Part shown: piece after piece, positions 1 through 11,968 of the stretch
How the letters are laid out: each line of letters begins with the position of its first letter
How positions within the stretch are numbered: the stretch's first letter is position 1
NCBI GenBank assembly: GCA_964016885.1
Contig: CAXHJY010000195.1
Location: forward strand, 44,188-108,187
DNA: 64,000 nt
DNA from: Eledone cirrhosa
Lineage: Eukaryota
Direction of reading: 5' to 3'
Position numbers and translations under genes: made by a program
The notes under the pieces: generated by a model
Seen by the model: only the letters and a program-made list of their open reading frames with translations
Database searches by the model: none
Told to the model about the DNA's origin: nothing

Positions 1-312
1 GTGTGTGTATGTGTGTATGTGGGTATGTGTATGACAGAGTAACGGGAGCAACGCTCGGTGACATGTGTGTAGCCTACTTTTATTTCTCTTATCAATCGCC
101 TATTCAGTCATCGGGGGGGGGGTCTAGTACCAAAGAAGAAGGGAACTCTACTGCATCCACTTCCCCTCCAGCACCTCCTGGTAACAGTGTGTGGTAGGTT
201 TAGGGAGTTATAGGGATGACGACCTGCAGAGAAGATTTTTGTTTTATGTTTACAGAAGGGCTACATTCAACAGGCAGAGAGGAGGAAGTTAAAGTAGTGT
301 TGATAATAATAA

Positions 313-665
313 TAATTGTTTCTACTTTTTGGCACAAGGCCAGCAATTATCTCAGTACATTACTGGTACTTTATTTTATCGACCCCGTAAGGCAAAGTTA
401 ACGTCGGCGGGATTTGAACTCAGAATGGCAAGGGCGTCAAAGCATGGCGTCCGACCCTCTACCGATAGAGCCAATCCATAATAATTGTTTCTACTTTAGG
501 CACAAGGCCAGCAATTATCCCAGTGCATTACTGGTACTTTATTTTATCGACCCCGTAAGGATGAAAGGCAAAGTCAACCTCGGCGGAATTTGAACTCAGA
601 TCGTAAAGGGACGTAACTATGCTGGAAAGCATCGCGTCCGACCCTCTACTGATACAGTCAATCCA
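313..665 (-). mobile_element. Two adjacent copies of a tRNA-derived SINE (~190 bp family)
   Basis: Reverse complement shows the family head (tggcagtatcggtagagggtcggacgcc...gagttcaaatccc, Pol III A/B-box-like), the central block gcctttcatccttacggggtcgataaaataaagtaccag and the tail ggccttgtgcc..agtagaaacaattattatt. Confidence 0.85.
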
Positions 666-671
666 TAATAA

Positions 672-908
672 TGATTTCATTTATTAGCCACTAGGGCCGA
701 CATGTAGGGGACAATACAAAGACAGGGACAGGTTTACAATAAGCTCGAGTAAAGTGCACAATGGCAAGACTAATTTAACAATGAAGATATAAAAAATATA
801 AAATAAACTATGTATAAATATAACAAAATAAATTTCCCTATAGGGGGGTGGATGACGCAGGGGTGATCAGGTACCCCACCAAGCCTGAACCACCCTGCTC
901 TTCTAGGG
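672..908 (-). mobile_element. 5'-truncated Tx1-clade LINE, 3'UTR only
   Basis: Reverse complement ends gtcggccctagtggctaataaatgaaatcattattat, like the 3' end of the element at 38242-44064; (AAT)n on both sides. Confidence 0.75.
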
Positions 909-1135
909 CAATAATAATAATAAATTGATAAATAGATAAATAAGTAAAAGTCAAAGAACTGGATAATATTGCAGAGCAGGGAAAGGGAAGATGATCTTAA
1001 ATTGATAAAGAAGCAAAAATAAGAAAATAAAGATAGTAAAACAAAACAACTACAAAAAGGAACAAAAAGGAATAAATAAATAAATAAAAGAAGTTGACAT
1101 TGAACAGAGACACCGTGAATCTTTAAACAATGCTG

Positions 1136-1380
1136 TTAAATTATACAGAATTCTGAAGATAAGGCCAATTTCTGAAGACAAGGTCAATTTCCGTTGAATT
1201 ATACAGAGTTCTGAAGACAAGGCCAAATTCTGTTAGATTATACAGAGTTCTGAAGACAAGGTCAATTTCCGTTGAATTATACAGAGTTCTGAAGACAAGG
1301 TCAATTTCCGTTAAATTATACAGAGTTCTGAAGACAAGGCCAAATTCTGTTAGATTATACAGAGTTCTGAAGACAACGTC
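1136..1380. repeat. 39-bp minisatellite, ~6 units
   Basis: Unit ttatacagagttctgaagacaaggtcaatttccgttgaa with variants. Confidence 0.9.
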
Positions 1381-2030
1381 AATATCGTTTTATTAGGGGG
1401 TATGGCTTCTCAGTTAATGTTCTTCGCCATTTTCTTTTCTATTATCGCTATAAACAATCGTTGAGATGTCAAACTTCATGGCCGAGTAAATAAATATATG
1501 GATAGATGGTTGGATGGGTGGTTGTATGGATGGGTGGATGGGTGGAGGGCTGTATGTATGGATATATGGTGGAGGTGGTGAGAAGGGGAGAGGATGCAGG
1601 GTGGAGAGAGAGGGAAGTGTCATCAGAATGGAGAGACAAGGTTTACAGCACATACATGAAACATCAGATTTATTCATTCCCCACGACAGTTCCTCTCTCT
1701 CTTAAGTCTTCTCCTACAAATTTTCCTATGATATAAGACAGATTTAACGAAATCTAAAATCATATAAAATATAGAGAAAAATGGAATTATATTTATTGTG
1801 AAAATATAATTATAGTTATTAGAGCAAGAAATTATATTGTAAACCGACATTTTAATGACTTTCGTGATATATATAATCTGAGTTTTCTGAATATTAATAA
1901 TAACATTCGATTCGTTTGGCTTTAAAAATTGAGGCTTGTTTGCATAATTGCAAACGAATCGAATGTTATTATTAATATTCGAAAAACTCAGATTACATTT
2001 ATTGAATTCAGCCATGTAGAGCGAAAATTT

Positions 2031-2034
<4 letters not shown>

Positions 2035-2061
<27 letters not shown>

Positions 2062-2199
2062 CATTATATATATATATATAATGTATATACACACACATAG
2101 ATATATAGATATATATATATAATGTATATATATACACACACACATGTGTGTATACATGTATATATATATATATACATATACACACACATATATATATAA

Positions 2200-2242
<43 letters not shown>

Positions 2243-2287
2243 CACACACATATATATATATAAGTATATATATATATATACATGTAT

Positions 2288-2351
<64 letters not shown>

Positions 2352-2455
2352 ATACATATATATGTGTGTATATATACATGTATATATATATGTATACATA
2401 TATATGTGTGTATATATACATGTATATATATATGTATACACACATATAAACACGC

Positions 2456-2496
<41 letters not shown>

Positions 2497-2500
2497 CATA
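2035..2500. repeat. (TA)n/(CA)n/(TG)n compound microsatellite
   Basis: Read directly. Confidence 0.95.
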
Positions 2501-2534
2501 CTAATGTAGACTTATAATTCTAGTGGTGTTTTTA

Positions 2535-3830
2535 TTGGCAGTATCGGCAGAGGGTCGGACGCCATGGGTAATTGCTGGCCTTGTGCAAAACGTAGAAACA
2601 GTTATTCTATTGATATTTCCTACCATGACACAAGTAACCTTAGTTCAGTAGAAACTGTTATTAAGGTCTTCTGGGAGGAATATGGATTTTCTATTAGAAT
2701 ATATACTTTTGTTTGATTACATAGTATTATATTTATTCGCCATGCTTTGCAGCACAGTTACGTCCCTTTACGGACTGAGTTCAAATCCCGCCGAGGTTAA
2801 CTTAGCCTTTCATCCTTACGGGGTCGATAAAATAAAGTACCAGTAATGCACTGAGATAATTGCTGGCCTTGTGCCAAAAAGTAGAAACAATTATTTATGT
2901 GAGTGGATTGGCAGTATCGGTAGAGGGTCGGACGCCATGCTTTGACGCATAGAGTTACGGCCCTTGCCATTCTGAGTTCAAATCCCGCCGAAATCAAGCC
3001 AAGAAATCAAGCCAGAATCAGTTCCCGTATGGGCAAGACAAGGTCAGCCAACCAGACACTGCCCACAACAGGACAACCCGTCTAACTCATGCTAGCATGG
3101 AAGAACGGATGTAAAAATATGATTTTTGCACTGGGTAATTTCTGGCCTTGTGCCAAACGTAGAAACAATTATATTTATTAATTATATATATATAGAAGAA
3201 GAAGAAGAAGATCTAATTAACAAGTCTGGACAACGTTATTTGTCATAGGGTCGGACGCCATGCTTTCCAGCATAGTTACGTCCCTTTACGATCTGAGTTC
3301 AAATCCCGCCGAGGTTTACTTTGCCTTTCATCCTTACGGGGTCGATAAAATAAAGTACCAGTAATGCACTGGGTAATTGCTGGCCTTGTGCCTAAAGTAG
3401 AAACAGTTATTTGTCATCGGAAAGGGCGGTGGATTGGCAGTATCGGTAGAGGGTCGGACGCCATGCTTTCCAGCATAGTTACGTCCCTTTACGGTCTGAG
3501 TTCAAATCCCGCCGAGGTTCACTTTGCCTTTCATCCTTACGGGGTCGATAAAATAAAGTACCAGTAATGTACTGGGTAATTGCTGGCCTTGTGCCTAAAG
3601 TAGAAACAGTTATTTGTCATTGGAAAGGGCGGTGGATTGGCAGTATCGGTAGAGGGTCGGACGCCATGCTTTCCAGCATAGTTACGTCCCTTTACGGTCT
3701 GAGTTCAAATCCCGCCGAGGTTCACTTTGCCTTTCATCCTTACGGGATCGATAAAATTAAGTACCAGTAATGTATTGGGTAATTGCTGGCCTTGTGCCTA
3801 AAGTAGAAACAGTTATTTGTTATCGGAAAT
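2535..3830 (+). mobile_element. SINE cluster, including a head-to-tail tandem of 203-bp units (~3247-3830)
   Basis: Same SINE consensus; identical positions recur at 3364, 3567 and 3770; junction gttatttgtcatcggaaagggcggtgg. Confidence 0.85.
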
Positions 3831-4414
3831 TAACAGATTCGCTGAAGTGAATAGAAAGAGAAAATATGATTCGAATCATTTCGCTTGAGGAAGGTTTCTT
3901 CTCTGAACACCCTCTGTTGTCCAACTCTCCTGATATATATATATATTTTTTTTATCACCGTCTTCATTTCAAATTCTTCCGAAGTCAAAATTTTGCGCTT
4001 CGTACTTCCGATGCCGATAAAACAAAGTATCAGTGAAATACTGAGGTCGATGTAACAGTCATTCAAATAGAACATTCTAGATGTGAATGGAATTATAATA
4101 GAAGGCTAAGACTAAAAAAAAAAGGTTTCACCAATATACGCTAGCTACAAAAAGCAATCTGTTCGCCTCAGTACACAGCTTTAGAATATACATTTAACTA
4201 ACTAATTAACCAACAAGACTATCCTCTAGGTAGATTACAATCTTGATATCGTTTATCTGAAGAAAATATCTGATGTTATGGAGTCAATATCGGGCTCTCT
4301 ATGGCAGGGCTTCACCTAATCATAGTAGTTAGCCTAAAAGTCGCCATTTTAGACAGGAAATGCGCCAAAAGTGCGAAGAGCGTTCACTGTTACTTTTCTT
4401 TAATCTTTAATGCT

Positions 4415-5279
4415 CCCTCTTCCCCCTCTCTCTCTCTTTCTCTTGCTCTCTCTTATTCTCTCTTTCTCTTGCTCTCTCTTATTCTCTCTCTCTCACTCCC
4501 CCTCTCTCTCTCTCTCAGCCTTTCTCTCTCTTACTACCTTTCTCTTTTATCCCCCTCTCTCTCTTCTATCTATCTCTCTTATACACACTCTTTATGTATC
4601 TATCTATCTATTTATCTTTCTTTCCCTGTTTTTCTTACACTCCCTCCTTCTCTCATTCACTCTCACTCTCACTCCCTGTTTTTCTTATAATCACCCCTTC
4701 CCTTGCTCTCTCTCTCTCACACGCACGCGCACTCTTTCATTTCGTTATTTTCTGCTAAAATATTCTTCTTTCTGTCATTCTGTCCATTTTTCTTTATTTC
4801 GTTCTTTCCCACCTATATTTTCTCTCATTTTTCTTTAACACTCTCTTTTACTCTTTCTTCTAGCCCTCTGTGCTTTCTTCCTTTCTATACCCCCTCTCTC
4901 TCATCTCTCACCTCCCTCTCTCTATCTCTCTCAATCGTGAACATTCTTTCTCCACTTGTTTTCTATTTCCATTTTATCAGCTCCACCACCACCACCAACA
5001 AAAACACCACCACCAACAAAAAGACCACCACCACCACCAACAAAAAGACCACCACCAACAACAACAACAACAACAAAAACACGACCACGAACAACAACAA
5101 CAAAAACACCACCACCACCAACAACAACAAAAACACCACCGCCACCACCAACAACAAAAACACCATAACCACCACCACTATCATTACAGCCGCCACCTCC
5201 ACCATCACCACAACCACCATGACACCCATCAATACAGCACCACCACCGGCAACACCACCATCGCCACTCCCAGCAACCC

Positions 5280-5327
<48 letters not shown>

Positions 5328-5340
5328 AACACCACCAAAA
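4415..5340. repeat. (TC)n-rich tract followed by an (ACC/AAC)n tract
   Basis: Low-complexity sequence. Confidence 0.9.
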
Positions 5341-5505
5341 GAAATTGACCAAAGAAGAAATGTATTTATTTATATAAGTTAAAAAAAATGTCGAGAGTAT
5401 TTGTCTCTTAATTCTAGTCTGTTCCATATAACAACAAGTCTTTTCAATAAACATTTCATTCTGATTTATTTAAAGACCGACATAAATAGCTTTAATGTTA
5501 TTATT

Positions 5506-6110
5506 CGAGCAGCTGTTGTCACGTGTGGAACGGATCCGGCTATTGACCGAATCCATAGTGAATATAACCCCACCGCCTTCTTTTAACTGGGAAGGGCAGG
5601 CAGTTTTCCTCTGTCTGGTGGTGGTAGCGAAAGAGGTTGTGGGATGGACCACGTTGAAAGGACTGAAGACCAATCTCTCATCAACATTTTCAAGTTTCAC
5701 TTGGAAAGAAAGGTGAAGGTGGAGAGAGAAGTGCTGCCCTCCAGTACATTTGCTAAAAGATAGGTGAATGTGACAAGAATGACCCGCGTGAATGGGCCTA
5801 CTCTAAGTATGTGCCTGTAGGCTAGTTAACTGAAGGAGGAGAGAGATACCCTTCCCAGGTGCCCTCGACGAGTCGGGTGTTTCAGGATTGGTGAGGAACC
5901 TGAGTCGACAATGGGTGGTTCACTCCCCTATAGGGGAATTTATTTTGTTACATTTTTATAAATTTTATTTTTATGTTCTTTCATTGTTAAATCGGTTTTG
6001 TTATTGTGTATTTTCACTCAATTTTATTATAAAACCCCACTGTCTCTGTCTTTGTATTGTCCCCTATATGTCGGCCCTTGTGGCCAATAAATGAAATCAT
6101 TATTATTATT
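5506..6110 (+). mobile_element. 5'-truncated Tx1-clade LINE (ORF2 C-terminus, 3'UTR, TTA tail), related to the element at 38242-44064
   Basis: EQLLSRVERIRL..ESIV.ITPPPSF..EGQAVFLCLV matches the ORF2 C-terminus; ends ggcccttgtggccaataaatgaaatcattattatt; preceded by ttattatt. Confidence 0.9.
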
Positions 6111-6120
6111 ATTTGATAAT

Positions 6121-6515
6121 GGCGGTGGATTGGCAGTATTGGTAGAGGGTCGGACGCCATGCTTTGCAGCATAGAGTTACGGCACTTTATGGTCTGAGTT
6201 CAAATCCCGCTGAGGGTAACTTTGCCTTTCATCCTTACGGAGTCGGTTAAACAAAGTACCAGTAACGCACTGGGTCGATTTATTCGACTTTCCTCTCCTC
6301 CAACATTGTTAGCCATGTGCATAAATTAGAATTGGCAGTATCGGTAGAGGGTCGGACGCCATGTTCTCCAGTATAGTTACGTCCCTTTACGGTCTGAGTT
6401 CAAATCCCTTCGAGGTTCACTTTGCCTTTTATCCTTACGGGGTCGATAAAATAAAGTACCAGTAATGCACTGGGTAATTGCTGGCCTTGTCCGAAAAAGT
6501 AGAAAGAATTATTTA
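6121..6515 (+). mobile_element. Two SINE copies directly after the Tx1 TTA tail
   Basis: SINE head ggcggtggattggcagtattggtagagggtcggacgcc and central block. Confidence 0.85.
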
Positions 6516-6912
6516 TAATGCTCAGATTCTTAGGTCTGTGGCTTGGCAGAATTGGTAGAGCGTCGTACACTATGATGGTGGTGGCGGTGGTGTTGGTGGT
6601 GATCGTGATGATGGTAGTGGTGGGGGAACCATCTACAACAGGCTCAAAGACTTACAAACACGCAAATACACATAGACATATGCATACAGATGCACACACA
6701 TGCACGTATACATAATATATGCATACTCACACATATGCACTCACACAGACAGACTTACACATACAATATACAAGCATTTCGACATATTTGTGTATAGCTA
6801 TTTAACCCCAGGTCGGCACTGATAGAGCAAACATAGGACGAAAGGCCTTCCAGCCATGACTATCCTGACCTATCGTGACTACATACTTAAAAGTGCTCTT
6901 CCACCCACCCAC

Positions 6913-6943
<31 letters not shown>

Positions 6944-7015
6944 CATTATGAAGAGAGAAGAAACATTTAGATATAATTAGTAATAAAATGTATCATACCT
7001 AAACTGCTCCTAAAT

Positions 7016-7105
7016 TCCTCGACTACGTAGTTTCGTGGCATAAACAAAAACAATATATCATAAAGATATAGAGTCCTTGCGAGGTCTGCCGACTTATCAA
7101 GAGGA
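7016..7105 (-). ncRNA. Type I hammerhead ribozyme (U3-A8 core), unit copy 1
   Basis: Reverse complement of the motif at 8440-8529. Confidence 0.7.
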
Positions 7106-7610
7106 TACCTCATTTTACTAGTCTCAAGAACGCGTCTACACGACGTGAGAAAGAATCCCAAAAGGCGGAGGGGGAGATAGTCACGCGATATAACGGTCGA
7201 GAAACAGAGCTAAGCCTCTTATAACCCCGAAGAAAATACCACGGAGGCGGAGGGGGTATTTATATCGAGGCCGTAGAAGAGGTGGTGAAGAAGGCGAGAA
7301 GTATGAGTAATGGAAGCTTTCCAGCTGTCCCCACACTTCAAAGATTGCTCGACCAGAGGGAGTTATTAACAATATATTTAGAAACACACAGATACATGCG
7401 GACACACACATATATACATGAATGCATCCGCACCCAACTGTGAGTTAAGGGTGCCAACTTCACCGATGTTGCTCAATGAATGACTGGGACAGACCAATTC
7501 AGTTGAACTAGACTGAACCAGTATCAGAGTTAAAAATACATTATGAAGAGAGAAGAAACATTTAGATATAATTAGTAATAAAATGTATCATACCTAAACT
7601 GCTCCTAAAT

Positions 7611-7700
7611 TCCTCGACTACGTAGTTTCGTGGCATAAACAAAAACAATATATCATAAAGATATAGAGTCCTTGCGAGGTCTGCCGACTTATCAAGAGGA
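7611..7700 (-). ncRNA. Type I hammerhead ribozyme (U3-A8 core), unit copy 2
   Basis: Same motif 595 bp from copy 1. Confidence 0.7.
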
Positions 7701-8439
7701 TACCTCATTTTACTAGTCTCAAGAACGCGTCTACACGACGTGAGAAAGAATCCCAAAAGGCGGAGGGGGAGATAGTCACGCGATATAACGGTCGAGAAAC
7801 AGAGCTAAGCCTCTTATAACCCCGAAGAAAATACCACGGAGGCGGAGGGGGTATTTATATCGAGGCCGTAGAAGAGGTGGTGAAGAAGGCGAGAAGTATG
7901 AGTAATGGAAGCTTTCCAGCTGTCCCCACACTTCAAAGATTGCTCGACCAGAGGGAGTTATTAACAATATATTTAGAAACACACAGATACATGCGGACAC
8001 ACACATATATACATGAATGCATCCGCACCCAACAGTGAGTTAAGGGTGCCAACTTCACCGATGTTGCTCAATGAATGACTGGGACAGACCAATTCAGTTG
8101 AACTAGACTGAACCAGTATCAGAGTTAAAAATACATTATGAAGAGAGAAGAAACATTTAGATATAATTAGTAATAAAATGTATCATACCTATTGGTGGTA
8201 TTTTCTTCGGGGTTATAAGAGGCTTAGCTCTGTTTCTCGACCGTTATATCGCGAGAAGAAACATTTAGATATAATTAGTAATAAAATGTATCATACCTAT
8301 TGGTGGTATTTTCTTCGGGGTTATAAGAGGCTTAGCTCTGTTTCTCGACCGTTATATCGCGTGACTATCTCCCCCTCCGCCTTTTGGGATTCTTTCTCAC
8401 GTCGTGTAGACGCGTTCTTGAGACTAGTAAAATGAGGTA

Positions 8440-8529
8440 TCCTCTTGATAAGTCGGCAGACCTCGCAAGGACTCTATATCTTTATGATATATTGTTTTTG
8501 TTTATGCCACGAAACTACGTAGTCGAGGA
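8440..8529 (+). ncRNA. Type I hammerhead ribozyme (U3-A8 core)
   Basis: tcctc-TTGATAA-gtcggca...tgccac-GAAA-ctacgtag-TC-gagga: stem I tcctc/gagga, stem II, palindromic stem III, GUC cleavage triplet. Confidence 0.72.
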
Positions 8530-9034
8530 ATTTAGGAGCAGTTTAGGTATGATACATTTTATTACTAATTATATCTAAATGTTTCTTCTCTCTTCATAAT
8601 GTATTTTTAACTCTGATACTGGTTCAGTCTAGTTCAACTGAATTGGTCTGTCCCAGTCATTCATTGAGCAACATCGGTGAAGTTGGCACCCTTAACTCAC
8701 AGTTGGGTGCGGATGCATTCATGTATATATGTGTGTGTCCGCATGTATCTGTGTGTTTCTAAATATATTGTTAGTAACTCCCTCTGGTCGAGCAATCTTT
8801 GAAGTGTGGGGACAGCTGGAAAGCTTCCATTACTCATACTTCTCGCCTTCTTCACCACCTCTTCTACGGCCTCGATATAAATACCCCCTCCGCCTCCGTG
8901 GTATTTTCTTCGGGGTTATAAGAGGCTTAGCTCTGTTTCTCGACCGTTATATCGCGTGACTATCTCCCCCTCCGCCTTTTGGGATTCTTTCTCACGTCGT
9001 GTAGACGCGTTCTTGAGACTAGTAAAATGAGGTA

Positions 9035-9124
9035 TCCTCTTCATAAGTCGGCAGACCCCGCAAGGACTCTATATCTTTATGATATATTGTTTTTGTTTAT
9101 GCCACGAAACTACGTAGTCGAGGA
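9035..9124 (+). ncRNA. Hammerhead copy with mutated core (TTCATAA), probably inactive
   Basis: Same motif with a G5 to C change. Confidence 0.6.
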
Positions 9125-9365
9125 ATTTAGGAGCAGTTTAGGTATGATACATTTTATTACTAATTATATCTAAATGTTTCTTCTCTTTTCATAATGTATT
9201 TTTAACTCTGATACTGGTTCAGTCTAGTTCAACTGAATTGGTCTGTCCCAGTCATTCATTGAGCAACATCGGTGAAGTTGGCACCCTTAACTCACAGTTG
9301 GGTGCGGATGCATTCATGTATATATGTGTGTGTCCGCATGTATCTGTGTGTTTCTAAATATATTG

Positions 9366-9451
<86 letters not shown>

Positions 9452-9494
9452 TTAAAACAATGAAATTAAACACAAAACTGTTAATTCATAGTAA

Positions 9495-9636
9495 AACATT
9501 ATTTTACGATCGTTTCTGGGGGGGGGGGGTAGTCGTCTGCATGTTCATTTAATTATTGATCTATGTAAAACATATTACAAAATATCATGGTGAGAAAATA
9601 ATACATACGTCTTCACTGCCCGCCGTCTTCAGAAAT
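9495..9636 (-). ncRNA. Hammerhead-like motif (CTGAAGA...GAAAcgatcgTA) in a pLTR-like fragment
   Basis: Reverse complement ttCTGAAGAcggcggg...cccccaGAAAcgatcgTAaaaata; same family as 53873-54026. Confidence 0.5.
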
Positions 9637-10377
9637 ATATATATATATATGTATAAACACATACACATACCAACACATATAACACAGTACCCATCAGAAA
9701 TGACGGGGTTTATAGTAAAAAGTATTTAATTTAATAATTCCTTGATACAACATTCTATGTGAAAACACTTGAATCTTCGAGTTTTCCTTGACCTCAATCT
9801 AGCGTTCTAACACATCTGCTGCACTGACACTGGCGTATTGGGCCTCTTAACAAACCTAAAGTCATATCAACTTTGTAATGCCCCGTCTCCCTACCGCTTT
9901 ATTTACGTTCGAACCCCCTGATGCTCTAACGGCTCCAGATCTTGGCGGTAATAGTAAAAATAGTGGTTTTGAATTTAAATAGTGCGATTTCGAACAAACG
10001 TGGTCGAAACATATTTTTAAGAAATGTAGAAATGCTGTAAAACTCTCAACGTCATACTCCGCACGAAACTGCATCATTTAAGGTAAGGAAGAAAACTCTA
10101 ACCCCTTCATTCTTTTCCTGAGTGTTCTCAACCTCCAAGGAACATGATCTTATCCTCCGAATCATTGACGTACTGAGGAAATTTTACATAAGGATCTTAA
10201 AAACATACACGAGTTTTTAATTACGTAGATTGTTGAGGAACCATCCTGTCCTCTGCCGGGACCACCAGGCAGACTGACCCTTTCATTTATAGTGGTGGCA
10301 TATGGCGTAAGTTTACTTAAACTTTAGTAACATATTGAGATTAAAATTCCAAGACTTCTACTTGTAGAATTATGATT

Positions 10378-10560
10378 TTGGCAGTATCGGTTGAGGGTCG
10401 GACGCCATGCTTTGCAACATCGAGTTACCGCCCTTTAGAGTCTGAGTTAAAATCCCACCGAGGTTAACTTTGCCTTTCATCCTTACGGTGTCGATAAAAT
10501 AAAGCACCAGTAATGCACTAGGATAATTGCTGGCCTTGTGCCAAAAGAAGAAACTATTAT
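10378..10560 (+). mobile_element. SINE copy
   Basis: Consensus match. Confidence 0.8.
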
Positions 10561-10689
10561 ATTTTAAATAGTCTTTATAATGTTCCTATAGTCCCTGAAT
10601 GTTTAGATTCTTTCCTGTAGCTTCATCAGTGTGATCATCGTTTACGATTAAATATCTAAGTGTAATGTAACTAGTATTTAAAAGTAATG

Positions 10690-11085
10690 GGTGTTGTTAT
10701 GACCGAAAGAATTACGATCGCGAATACAAGCGGCCGAAATGGGGTTCCTCCGAAGGCCCTTTGGAATAACGCTACACGATACAGTGCGTAGCTCGGAGAT
10801 CAGAAAGTCGCTCCAGGTAGAGCCATTACTTCTCCGAATTGAGAGATCACAGTTCCAATACTACGGACAAGTGGTTAGAATCGGTGAACAGAATCGCTGG
10901 AGAGATTTTACAGGCAAAACCAGCTAGCAGGAGATCAAGGGGTAGCAGAGCCCGAGAAAGAACATTGGATAACATCCATGATCTTGGCTGGTCTAGTTTG
11001 GGTATCTAGTCGGATCAGTTGGAGACGCTACTTCTGACAGGACCCGCTAGTAGGAGTGTTTGAGGACTCTGCCCCAAGAAGAACA
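10690..11085 (+). pseudogene. Degraded RTE-clade LINE 3' fragment
   Basis: RSRIQAAEMGFLRR..GITLHDTVRSSEIRKSLQVEPLLLRIERSQ..YYGQVVR, a typical RTE post-RT region; frameshifted. Confidence 0.75.
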
Positions 11086-11640
11086 AGAGTTCGTATACAA
11101 TTAACTAAGTGGGTGTGCGGTACCTCGGATTTGAATGTATTGGGTGTTACAATTCAACGTCAGATAATTCAACCATAAATATTGTTGAAAGTTTCAGAAA
11201 GTTTAGTTTTTCAGAGAACCGTCTGGTTTATTGATTATTTAATGAAGATTTGAAGATCGATATAATCTATAGTTTTATACACCTGTTTTATTTTGTTGAA
11301 TGTAAAGAGTTGGAAGTGTTATCGAAAATCGATCCGAGGTTTTGTTTTTGTTACTTGCTCAATTAATAAGTATGTAATAAAGTAATATTTATTTGTTGGT
11401 TGTAAAAGGTTTAAGAGAACACTGAACCATGAAATCTAAACGGGGGCAGCAAGTTTATATTGACCCTGCTTTCCCCTTGCCAGAAAGCGGGTTTAGATTA
11501 CCGACAGGTAGGATTTAAATCAATTTCAAAGTACCTCTCCCTCCACACACACCACCTCCCCACCTTCCACATACACACCCCACCATCACTCACACCCCCA
11601 CCACCACTCACTCAACACCCCCATCACCCTCCTCACCAAG

Positions 11641-11968
11641 CAAGTTTGGTGGGGTTGCCGGTTTAGTCGCCGACGACCCGACTATGAGGCAGGTTGTACT
11701 GGGTTACGTTACCACTATCACTTGAGAGTGACCTGACATATATATATATATACATAGATACATATATACACACTCACATACATACATATGTACATACATA
11801 CATATATATACACACTCACATACATACATACATGTATGTATGTATGTATGTATGTATGTATGTATGTATGTTTATGTCAGGTCACCAGTTGGTGCTACTG
11901 GTAACATGTATTCCAGTACAACCTGTCCCATGGTCGGGTCGTTGGCGACTAAACTGGCAACCCCACCA
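11641..11968. repeat. ~70-bp imperfect inverted repeat around a CATA/TATG microsatellite
   Basis: tggtggggttgccggtttagtcgccgacgacccgactatg...gttgtactgg vs ccagtacaacctgtcccatggtcgggtcgttggcgactaaactggcaaccccacca. Confidence 0.7.

Larger units (their letters stand above)
6941..9366. mobile_element. Non-coding 595-bp tandem/inverted array with hammerhead ribozymes (retrozyme-like or Penelope pLTR-like), flanked by (TA)n
   Basis: Unit starts at 6941, 7536 and 8131; reverse-complement copies at 8304-9366; 108-bp duplicated junction at ~8146-8361. Confidence 0.85.

Noticed and set aside
3425-3515. tRNA gene
   Set aside because: A/B-box-like motifs belong to the SINE head; no complete cloverleaf, and the family is highly repeated
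4703-5382. His/Gln/Thr/Pro-rich ORFs
   Set aside because: Trinucleotide low-complexity sequence open in several frames; no domain or splice support
9800-10330. Possible host exon or transposase remnant (also 12590-13200 and 48030-48450)
   Set aside because: Complex sequence with no motif I can recognise; would need BLASTX
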